Source: Cylindrospermopsis raciborskii Cr2010
GTDB taxonomy: Bacteria > Cyanobacteriota > Cyanobacteriia > Cyanobacteriales > Nostocaceae
Direction: 5' to 3'
DNA: 32,000 nucleotides
Assembly (NCBI RefSeq): GCF_003367075.2
Contig: NZ_CP065936.1
Coordinates: 2,760,001-2,792,000, forward strand
Numbering within the stretch: position 1 is the stretch's first letter; every line of letters begins with the position of its first letter. A model generated the notes under the pieces. The model was not told the origin of the DNA. It was given only the letters and a program-made list of their open reading frames with translations, and did not search any database. Shown here in pieces: positions 26,101 through 32,000 of the stretch. Made by a program: the position numbers and the translations under genes.

Positions 26101-27545
26101 TGGCTTCCAACTTACCGGTTTATATTAAAGGTGATTTCAATAGACATACCCAAGAAGAATTTACCAGTACCTTAGCAGCTGATTGGAGTAATTTTTACAA
26201 TCGTAGTCAAATAAATCATCAATTTGCTTGTCGTCCTAGTGATTCTAAACTACCCAACTGTACTGTGGGTGATGAGTGGCGAAATGCTGCCATATTAGCA
26301 GATTCCATTACCTTACTTTCTCAGAACTTTCGATTTGGTTTTCGCAATGAAGGAGACTATGATTGGAATAATTATATTGGTGATACTGCATCCTTCAATA
26401 ATCGTCCTACGAATTTTGAATATAACACTTATGCTCCCACAATAACCCAGAATTATGATATCAATGGCATACCGAATATCGATCTGGATCCCGTAACCAA
26501 TGGTATACAAGGTAGTTCCTATTTTCACAACTTCGTTACCCCCATAGTTAAACAGATACCAGCTAGAGAATTTCTGTTAGAAGTTTGTCTAGTTTCTAAT
26601 ACTGATATATGTAACAGTGACCCAACACAATGGGTAATTAGTAGATTTTCTAGAAGTGAATACAATGGACAACCAGAAAGTAATATCGAAGGTCTACCAA
26701 TAACTGCTATTAAAACTGGAAGTCTTGATTATCATCATCAACCATCTAATGGTTGGGAAAACTTGCCTCAAAGAATTGCTTTCAAAAGAAATATGGCAAC
26801 AGGTAAATTACTTCAACCCCTAAGTGTTTATGGGGTGGATAATAATCAGATAATTCGGACTTTTTCTTTTTCAGGTAACACCCTACCGAAACTAGCAGTC
26901 AATCAAAATAATCAAGGATTTCTCATACCCTGGTTAACACCTGATTCCAATGGTTTTTGGCAACCCGTTTTACAAATTAATCAACCCTTTGCCACCCCAA
27001 CTGACCCCCATAATACTAACAGCATTACCAATGGTTCACATAATCATTGGTTACAGATAGCAACCCCAACTACTGTTAATTTTATTGCTGCTACGGGAGA
27101 CAATCCAGCTCGTCCCATGGAAGATAATGGGGGGTTACCCAACTTACTCCGCTTATTGGAAAATTGGAGTCCTAATACTACCCCTATAGATCTGAGAATT
27201 AATGGTGCATTCATTCAAATGAAAAGGAGTAACTATGCTACGGGAACTTATAGCACATCTATTAACAGTCAACCCCAGGATTTTCAATACAAAATTGCCG
27301 TGAATTCTGGTAGAAGTTCTGGACATCTTCCACCTAGACGACAATGGCATTATGATGTGGGACTTTTATCTCAACCACTGGATTTATTTACCCAAAAAAT
27401 TCCTATAAAATCACAAAAGTTATCCAAAGACTATTTTCGTCAAGTTGGTCGAAATGATGAATGGATTCAAACCCTTTTATCTGCTAAACAAACCAGTGAT
27501 GGAACTTATGCGGTTGACCAAGACCAAAGATTTAACTGTTATTAG
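23127..27545 (+). CDS. hpsA: Giant (1472 aa) extracellular protein with a pilin-like N-terminal hydrophobic anchor; resembles hormogonium polysaccharide secretion protein HpsA
   Basis: This is the only long ORF across 4.4 kb, with a strong RBS. A 56-aa, highly basic, acid-free leader ends ...NLKNQG followed by FVLPTTTMVILVVMLLTMAIVFRSFERAKHA. The rest is Asn/Gln/Thr/Tyr-rich with no repeats I recognise. It sits first in a pseudopilin cluster, as hpsA does in Nostoc punctiforme. The CDS call is firm; the name is from memory and unverified. Confidence 0.55.
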   Translation: MVMTKKCYSYRIITKKYAKVVVQFLRILRRTTKNLIRLFLKIILKSQRRRNLKNQGFVLPTTTMVILVVMLLTMAIVFRSFERAKHAHNTKINQTVINAATPAIDRGKAKINQMLADPRITQFLPSDQDLYNNLINYLDEYTFGDETNLTLNLQNYEPLKTAWKFPVDTNNNGKFDSYTLYGIYFKNPPQSNQQYVRARNTLEARSLPINPIDFNSRCQDFTSISKNLEKLVDTNGWLIIGGQMRKAFFVYTATVPITSQMTIPTQNQINYEISPENKAFYALEYKQERIQIPSSNNAIVYEDDLQITGNEDFRINGRIFTNSNLLTGSASRSIRLYQISSQSSCFYEPENSKIIVGGNLAAGGFTDNKDLSTATTVDLFKDKGVNPQTIAGYNPRITDHKSVTNSPQNIAYNSLAYMKRINKLVDRQMANYLTTDPQEVKQGIIKKQKQLGTAYTTDQYDQIRRKELELYFQKRTRRVPFQEVPFGSEQSDVNKIDNPLQSTGDTLRPIDPWIYPFASDGITGTSHSQLSLNISGNLLKPSATEPMDQLQKQLGGVEQYLGDRVIVGHNLPQMWWNYPQNRFFSTDINHTQNLKDINWDLGNEPRTRYTTLHNLAGLAAIERDGDWEYAAAQVPENPQQENFIGGLRVVTGSGIYLPRNHNASSTNFLDVSTKIWSDILPIPQTSTEYVNTTINPYWMYDSSLGFTLPKLSEMDITTPYLKMRATVVYHYKSSNYHQNNPTPIACISSFYLPTNSNTATNMITLPNAVGIEKSSHGLSNNGIVYPPPTRNVNAYANLLTYQAQLQYPNGRWVNEPLRNALAKNNYTLSEKSAIDTALCALQIMDGSISPLSNPPIPHGAIKEIAFLDSREIRANQTSNQVDSNLPYDLPLRDRQPLEIRATVIDLNQLRTTRISTDEYLLPNSGIIYATRDDALPDISGGISAKSESSVDYKLDPTRRPNGILITTSDSSPTKLFRSTSNTFRREEKGLILASNLPVYIKGDFNRHTQEEFTSTLAADWSNFYNRSQINHQFACRPSDSKLPNCTVGDEWRNAAILADSITLLSQNFRFGFRNEGDYDWNNYIGDTASFNNRPTNFEYNTYAPTITQNYDINGIPNIDLDPVTNGIQGSSYFHNFVTPIVKQIPAREFLLEVCLVSNTDICNSDPTQWVISRFSRSEYNGQPESNIEGLPITAIKTGSLDYHHQPSNGWENLPQRIAFKRNMATGKLLQPLSVYGVDNNQIIRTFSFSGNTLPKLAVNQNNQGFLIPWLTPDSNGFWQPVLQINQPFATPTDPHNTNSITNGSHNHWLQIATPTTVNFIAATGDNPARPMEDNGGLPNLLRLLENWSPNTTPIDLRINGAFIQMKRSNYATGTYSTSINSQPQDFQYKIAVNSGRSSGHLPPRRQWHYDVGLLSQPLDLFTQKIPIKSQKLSKDYFRQVGRNDEWIQTLLSAKQTSDGTYAVDQDQRFNCY

Positions 27546-27666
27546 ATTTAAGTGGGTCAGTGAAATTAAATATAAGATTAACGTAGGTTGGGTTGAGGAA
27601 CGAAACCCAACACCCCCATGAGTCTCCTTACTCGACCCATTCTACAAATAATTGTGCTTCCTTAAT
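27546..27666 (+). repeat. MITE-like dispersed repeat, copy B (lacks the left ~45 bp)
   Basis: AAGTGGGTCAGTGAAATTAAATATAAGATTAACGTAGGTTGGGTTGAGGAACGAAACCCAACACCCCCATG...CTACAAATAATTGTGCTTCC aligns with copies A and C. It is flanked by CTGTTATTAG (27536-27545) and TGTTATTAAG (27667-27676). Confidence 0.65.
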
Positions 27667-27690
27667 TGTTATTAAGTTGTTTTTAAAAAT

Positions 27691-28377
27691 ATGCTGGATC
27701 ATCTAAAAAAATATTTACTCTTTCCCGTAGAAGAATATGATGGTTTTACTATTTTAGAATCATTAGTTGCCATTTCAACCCTATCTTTATTATTGATGGT
27801 GATTACTCCAATATGGATTATGTCCACAGCCATCCGTATGCAATCACGGCGTGTGGAAATGGCTGCTCAAGCAGCAACATCATTTGTTAATGGGGTGAAA
27901 ATTGGTTCCATTGTCACACCACAAGTAATATCTGAAATTACTCCTAGTCAACAAGCTCCCAGAAATATTTCTACCAGTCCTCAAGATTATTTGATTACCA
28001 GCTCGAAAATGCCAGCACCAACATCAGCAAATGGCTTATATTGTTATAACCAAAATGGCATAATTGGTTTTACGGAATGCCAAAATAATTCCAATAATTT
28101 GTTTTATATTCAAGCTGGTACAATTGCCACAAGTTCCAAAAATGAGAGTTATCTTTTGTCCATACGAGTTTTTAGAGCGGATATTGATTTTACTCAACAA
28201 ATCCCAATTAATAAATCCACCCCATCGCCCATAACTCATAATCTTGGCGATAAACAAGTGCCACTAATACAAATGACCACAGAAATAACCAATAATAAAA
28301 CCTCTTTTTACTCTCTATGTCAGCGTTTAGGTGCGATCGCACCCACCACTTATTCTAGTTCTACCCTATGTCAATAA
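27691..28377 (+). CDS. Prepilin-type (type IV pilin-like) pseudopilin, HpsB-like
   Basis: Class III signal motif ...EEYDG|FTILESLVAISTLSLLLMVITPIW, with G18/F19, Glu at +5 and a hydrophobic helix. 228 aa. Second in the cluster. Confidence 0.65.
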   Translation: MLDHLKKYLLFPVEEYDGFTILESLVAISTLSLLLMVITPIWIMSTAIRMQSRRVEMAAQAATSFVNGVKIGSIVTPQVISEITPSQQAPRNISTSPQDYLITSSKMPAPTSANGLYCYNQNGIIGFTECQNNSNNLFYIQAGTIATSSKNESYLLSIRVFRADIDFTQQIPINKSTPSPITHNLGDKQVPLIQMTTEITNNKTSFYSLCQRLGAIAPTTYSSSTLCQ

Positions 28378-29378
28378 TCTCCTTCCCTACTCCCTCAAAA
28401 AATCGTTCATTCTATGGATTTACCATAATGCAACTACTCGTTGGTTTGACCATAGGAGTCATCAGTATTACTCTTTTATTGAGGTTATTAATTAATGTGA
28501 TGGAAATAAACCAACAGGAACAAGCTAAAATCACTACTGGAGCAGAAATTCAAACTGCTTTGGACTATATTGCCAATGATTTAAAACAGGCAATTTATAT
28601 TTATGATGCTCAGGGAATAAATGCTATTAGATCCCAATTACCCTCTACTCCTACCGGTATAGATAGGGTTCCTGTGCTGGTTTTTTGGCGACAGGAAACA
28701 ATAGAAAATGTTTTGCCAGTTCCCGGAAGTTTAATTAAAGATGATGCTTTTGTTTATTCTCTGGTTGTTTACTATTTAATTAGAGATACTACTGCATCCG
28801 TATCTGAGTGGTCAAAATCAGCTCGCATTGCTAGATGGAAAATTAGAGATGGTGTTCTGGCTAATACTAGAGATTTTGATCAGATAGTTCTTTGTAATGG
28901 ATATACAGGAAGAGATTATATTAAGGGTCCTAACAATAACAAAAGAGAGCAAAACCCAGAATTTTGTCCTGAACCTGGTTTTGCTGCTTTTAATCTCAAT
29001 AATTCGGGTAGTTTGGAACAAATCATGAATAGTTGGAGAAAGCATAGTGCTAAATATACTAATGATCCCATAGTTTTAGTGGATTATATTGACAGCAGAA
29101 TTAATAATATACCTCCTGCAGTTTGCCCCCCGAATTCTACTAACCCTAAAATTACCTGGTCAAGGGTTACTTCGTCAATTTTTAGTCATACTACCACTGG
29201 TCGGATGACTAGTTTTTATGCCTGCGTAGATAGACTAAATGTAACGGCACAAGTATTTATTCGGGGAGATGCTTTAGCTCGCATTCCTAATAATTTAAAT
29301 ACCAATAGTAATCAACTAAGTCACTATTTCCCCACTGTTAGTACTCAGGTTCAAGGAAAGGGTTTTTTCTATAAATAA
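28368..29378 (+). CDS. Prepilin-type pseudopilin, HpsC-like (Gln instead of Glu at +5)
   Basis: ...NRSFYG|FTIMQLLVGLTIGVISITLLLRLL. 336 aa. The start overlaps the upstream gene by 10 nt. The last codons and stop (TTC TAT AAA TAA) lie inside MITE-like copy C. Confidence 0.6.
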   Translation: MSIISFPTPSKNRSFYGFTIMQLLVGLTIGVISITLLLRLLINVMEINQQEQAKITTGAEIQTALDYIANDLKQAIYIYDAQGINAIRSQLPSTPTGIDRVPVLVFWRQETIENVLPVPGSLIKDDAFVYSLVVYYLIRDTTASVSEWSKSARIARWKIRDGVLANTRDFDQIVLCNGYTGRDYIKGPNNNKREQNPEFCPEPGFAAFNLNNSGSLEQIMNSWRKHSAKYTNDPIVLVDYIDSRINNIPPAVCPPNSTNPKITWSRVTSSIFSHTTTGRMTSFYACVDRLNVTAQVFIRGDALARIPNNLNTNSNQLSHYFPTVSTQVQGKGFFYK

Positions 29379-29533
29379 GTAAGTTGGCGTTAAAAGACCA
29401 AACTATGTAAAGATAAATAGGATAAGTGGGTCGGTGGAATTAAATACAAGATTAATGTAGGTTGGGTTGAAGTATGAAACCCAACACCCGCAGGGGTTAA
29501 CCCATCCTACAAATAATTGTGCCTTTCTACTTA
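29367..29533 (+). mobile_element. MITE-like dispersed repeat, full-length copy C
   Basis: Aligns end to end with copy A (7862-8018). The hairpin loop is mutated (GTTGGGTTGAAGTATGAAACCCAAC). It covers the whole gap between the HpsC-like gene and the next pilin gene. Confidence 0.65.
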
Positions 29534-29578
29534 GTAGTTGTTGCTAAAGTCTTTTTCTACCAAAAGGGAACAATATCT

Positions 29579-30100
29579 ATGAATTATCAAAGCTCCAATG
29601 AAGGATTTACTTTGTGGGAAAATCTCATAGTTTTAGCGATAATTGGTATTCTATCAGCAATAGTAACACCCTCCTGGCTAAGTTTTTTGACAAACTATCG
29701 TCTCAATGTGGCCCAAGAACAAGTTTATCAAGCATTGCGTCAAGCCCAAAGTCAGGCTAAAAAAGAAAAATCTACTTGGCAAGCTAGTTTTAAACAAGAA
29801 AATGGTATAGTTAAATGGGCTGTTCACCCAATTTTAGTTCACCCTCCTAATGCGGTTTGGCATAGTTTAGATTCTGCTATTCAATTAGATCGGGAAACTA
29901 CTTTACGAGAGTCTCATGGTATCAAATATATTCAATTCGATGATCTAGGAGCTATCAGAAACCCACCTTTGGGCACAGTTACCCTGTCTATGAAGTCGGG
30001 TGGAACCGCAAAACGCTGTGTTATTGTCTCCACTATTTTGGGTTCCCTCAGAACTGCTAGGGAAAATACTGTCCTCAGAAATAATGCTTACTGTTATTAG
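29579..30100 (+). CDS. Type IV pilin-like minor pilin / pseudopilin with canonical N-terminal methylation motif (GspH/FimT-like; possibly HpsD-type)
   Basis: MNYQSSNEG|FTLWENLIVLAIIGILSAIVTPSW, with Glu at +5. 173 aa from the ATG at 29579, which has AAGGGA upstream. The tracked GTG at 29519 lies inside the MITE-like repeat and is rejected. Confidence 0.7.
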   Translation: MNYQSSNEGFTLWENLIVLAIIGILSAIVTPSWLSFLTNYRLNVAQEQVYQALRQAQSQAKKEKSTWQASFKQENGIVKWAVHPILVHPPNAVWHSLDSAIQLDRETTLRESHGIKYIQFDDLGAIRNPPLGTVTLSMKSGGTAKRCVIVSTILGSLRTARENTVLRNNAYCY

Positions 30101-30101
30101 G

Positions 30102-30174
30102 TAAGTAGGGAGGCATGATTATTTATAGGATGGGGTGGGGGCGTTGGGTTTCGTTCCTCAACCCAACCTACGTT
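30102..30174 (-). repeat. MITE-like dispersed repeat, copy D (inverted right-end fragment with hairpin)
   Basis: TAAGTAGGGAGGCATGATTATTTATAGGATGGGGTGGGGGCGTTGGGTTTCGTTCCTCAACCCAACCTACG is the reverse complement of the right ~70 bp of copy A. It is flanked by perfect 14-bp direct repeats CTGTTATTAGGTAA (30091-30104, 30175-30188). Confidence 0.65.
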
Positions 30175-30297
30175 CTGTTATTAGGTAATACATTAAGTAA
30201 TACGAGTTTCAGTTTTTAAAAACCATAACCAAGGTGATGGGCCAGTATGATCAGTATGATATATTTTATGGATGATGGTCATTAGACTTAGGAAAAT

Positions 30298-31113
30298 ATG
30301 GTTAATCGTCCTACCAACTCCAATACTTCCCTCACTCTCAAAGTAGTAGGGATAGTTTGTATTTTATCTTTTTTCATAGACTTTTTGATTTTGATGCTGG
30401 GATTCAACTTTACAGATAAAGAAGCACAAGTTGGTCTAACCACAGCATTAGTAGATCGTGGTGTTGTCCCCATGGTAGGTTTAGCAATGATTCTCATTGC
30501 CCATTGGTTGGACACCAATGACCAGGGAAAAAATCCGGGTATGGATTTTAAATTTCCTTCCCTAATACTTTCTAGCATTTTTGGTCTAATGTTTTTGTTG
30601 ATTTTTCCCCTGCACCTGACAAATGTTGACCAGGTTAGCAAAGAAAAGGTTAATCAAATTGCCCAAGATGCTCAACAAGCAGAGTCTCAACTCAATACCC
30701 AGTTGGCCCAATTCCAGGGTCAGCTGAATAATGACCAGGGTCGCGCTCAATTACAACAGGCTCAACTTCAAGCGAAGGCACAAATTACTGAATTACTTAA
30801 AGATCCACAAAAATATAAACAAGCACTAGAAAACCCCCAACTTCCCCCAGAACAGAAAGAGTTACTCAAGAAACTGCAGGCCAACCCGCAAGACATAGAT
30901 AAATTTATTGCCCAGCAGACCGATCCCAATGAAATTGCCAAACAAAAAATCGAGCAAATTCGCCAACGCCAAACGGAAGCGGAAAAACAAGCTAGAGAGA
31001 ATGCTTGGAAGTCTGGACTAAGAATAGGAATTGGCAGTCTGTTGTTATCTATTGGTTATATTATCATTGGCTGGACTGGATTAAAAACTACATCTGGTAC
31101 ACGTAGGGTTTAA
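30298..31113 (+). CDS. Integral membrane protein with 3 N-terminal TM helices, a Gln-rich coiled-coil and a C-terminal TM helix (possibly HpsJ-like)
   Basis: 271 aa. Hydrophobic segments LKVVGIVCILSFFIDFLILMLGF, VVPMVGLAMILIAHWL, LILSSIFGLMFLLIFPL and IGIGSLLLSIGYIIIGWTGL. Central segment AQQAESQLNTQLAQFQGQLNNDQGRAQLQQAQLQAKAQ. The HpsJ resemblance is a memory-based guess. Confidence 0.5.
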   Translation: MVNRPTNSNTSLTLKVVGIVCILSFFIDFLILMLGFNFTDKEAQVGLTTALVDRGVVPMVGLAMILIAHWLDTNDQGKNPGMDFKFPSLILSSIFGLMFLLIFPLHLTNVDQVSKEKVNQIAQDAQQAESQLNTQLAQFQGQLNNDQGRAQLQQAQLQAKAQITELLKDPQKYKQALENPQLPPEQKELLKKLQANPQDIDKFIAQQTDPNEIAKQKIEQIRQRQTEAEKQARENAWKSGLRIGIGSLLLSIGYIIIGWTGLKTTSGTRRV

Positions 31114-31176
31114 TAAACCAAAATCTTGGGTGATCATTGGCTACGATTAACGCTAGGATTAATAATACCTCGAAAA

Positions 31177-31226
31177 CCTGCAACAATAATTTACAGGCAC
31201 TATATTCTTACGTGCCTATTTGCAGG
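31177..31226 (+). other. Two-tier RNA stem structure in the intergenic region upstream of the DUF502 gene
   Basis: Outer stem CCTGCAA (31177-31183) / TTGCAGG (31220-31226). Inner stem AGGCAC (31195-31200) / GTGCCT (31212-31217). A GCTAGGAT octamer lies 18 nt upstream (31152-31159). Confidence 0.3.
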
Positions 31227-31310
31227 CCTAAAGCAACTGATCATGAGAAATAAGTAATAAATCTTAAACTTAGGACTCATTTATCTGGACTGACAACAAG
31301 GATTTGTGGT

Positions 31311-32000
31311 ATGGAAATCAATCACAAACATTCTAGTAGCCAAAAAAAGGAGAATCCGGGCTTGGTCATGGAACGGCTTAAACAGGACTTAAAAAATGAC
31401 TTGATAGCTGGGTTGTTGGTGGTAATACCCCTAGCAACCACCATTTGGTTAACCATTACGATTGCCAACTGGGTAATTAACTTTCTCACCCAAATCCCTA
31501 AACAGCTTAACCCTTTTGATGGACTAAACCCCATATTAGTCAACCTATTGAACTTTTTAGTTGGTTTAGCAGTACCATTAATTAGCATCCTGTTTATTGG
31601 TCTGATGGCCCGGAATATCTTTGGCAAATGGTTGCTTGACTTTGGGGAGAGGATATTGCATGCAATTCCCTTAGCTGGTCAAGTCTACAAGACTCTCAAA
31701 CAATTACTGGAGACTATACTCAAGGATTCCAATGGCAAATTCCGTCGAGTGGTGTTATTGGAATATCCTAGGAGGGGAATATGGTCTATTGGCTTTGTCA
31801 CCGGTGCAATTGCCAGCGACATTCAGGCAAAATTGAGTCGTCCTATGTTGAGCATTTTTATTCCCACTACCCCTAACCCCACTACTGGTTGGTATGCAGT
31901 GGTTCCAGAAGATGAAGCAATCAATCTGACAATGTCTATAGAGGATGCGTTTAAAATCATTGTCTCCGGCGGTATAGTCGCGCCTAGTAATGGTGTAGTT
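31311..32000 (+). CDS. DUF502 domain-containing membrane protein (3' end beyond the window; absent from the ORF track because no stop is reached)
   Basis: My own translation of the + frame gives MEINHKHSSSQKKENPGLVMERLKQDLKNDLIAGLLVVIPLATTIWLTITIANWVINFL...LLEYPRRGIWSIGFVTG...IPTTPNPTTGWYAVVPEDEAINLTMSIEDAFKIIVSGGIV, open to base 32000. This is the typical DUF502 (PF04367) pattern. The start is ATG 31311 or ATG 31368. Confidence 0.7.
   Translation, partial: MEINHKHSSSQKKENPGLVMERLKQDLKNDLIAGLLVVIPLATTIWLTITIANWVINFLTQIPKQLNPFDGLNPILVNLLNFLVGLAVPLISILFIGLMARNIFGKWLLDFGERILHAIPLAGQVYKTLKQLLETILKDSNGKFRRVVLLEYPRRGIWSIGFVTGAIASDIQAKLSRPMLSIFIPTTPNPTTGWYAVVPEDEAINLTMSIEDAFKIIVSGGIVAPSNGVV

Noticed and set aside
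29519-29578. Tracked GTG start at 29519 for the last pilin gene (adds MPFYLVVVAKVFFYQKGTIS)
   Set aside because: These codons lie inside and just after MITE-like copy C. The ATG at 29579 gives a canonical short prepilin leader (MNYQSSNEG|FTLWE).
30288-30641. 117-aa minus-strand ORF overlapping the start of 30298..31113
   Set aside because: The + strand ORF is longer, has an RBS-like AGGAAA and coherent TM/coiled-coil organisation. The minus ORF is an antisense artefact.
23127-31113. Calling the pilin cluster a complete type IV pilus or type II secretion machine
   Set aside because: Only pilin-like proteins and one membrane protein are present. There is no ATPase, platform protein, secretin or prepilin peptidase in the window.
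31322-31627. 101-aa minus-strand ORF in the track
   Set aside because: It overlaps the + strand frame, which encodes an obvious DUF502 protein open to the window edge. The minus-strand product is basic low-complexity sequence with no recognisable pattern.
1-32000. Search for autonomous mobile elements, prophage or known defence genes (integrase, transposase, restriction-modification, toxin-antitoxin, Cas)
   Set aside because: None of the translated ORFs shows the corresponding motifs. The only mobile-looking DNA is the non-coding MITE-like family.

Overview
This 32-kb chromosomal window looks like a filamentous, Nostocales-type cyanobacterium. It is AT-rich, carries 8 copies of the HIP1 palindrome GCGATCGC, and encodes cyanobacteria-typical COP23-like and Hps-like pseudopilin proteins. 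Housekeeping genes are recJ (5' end cut by the window edge), an S41 C-terminal processing protease, an orphan REC-LuxR response regulator, dnaN and a typical 2-Cys peroxiredoxin. Further along are a J-domain co-chaperone, glgC, a GH13 alpha-amylase-family enzyme, a two-module U32-family protein and a DUF502 protein (3' end cut by the window edge, missing from the ORF track). Two accessory regions stand out. (1) 6.07-15.47 kb is an uninterrupted minus-strand run of ten predicted exported proteins. Its core is five tandem COP23-domain paralogues (three of them about 90% identical), a DUF1565 parallel-beta-helix protein and two translationally coupled trypsin-like serine proteases, one carrying a TPR array. 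Four COP23 paralogues and the DUF1565 protein share a basic Pro/Thr/Arg/Lys C-terminal tail ending G-x-L/V or G-L, and two genes share a paralogous promoter region with a CTAGG palindrome. This is my best candidate for an undescribed system. (2) 23.1-31.1 kb is a pseudopilin cluster. It is headed by a 1472-aa protein with a pilin-like N-terminal anchor, followed by three prepilin-type proteins and a 4-TM/coiled-coil protein. From memory it resembles hpsA-D (+hpsJ) of the Nostoc punctiforme hormogonium polysaccharide secretion locus. No glycosyltransferases lie in the window, and the intergenic gaps hold copies of a ~155-bp hairpin-containing MITE-like repeat. The core of that repeat also forms an 85-bp x ~3.9 tandem array in the divergent glgC/GH13 intergenic region. 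I recognised no rRNA, tRNA, CRISPR array, transposase or integrase. All family assignments rest on motif recognition by eye, not on searches.
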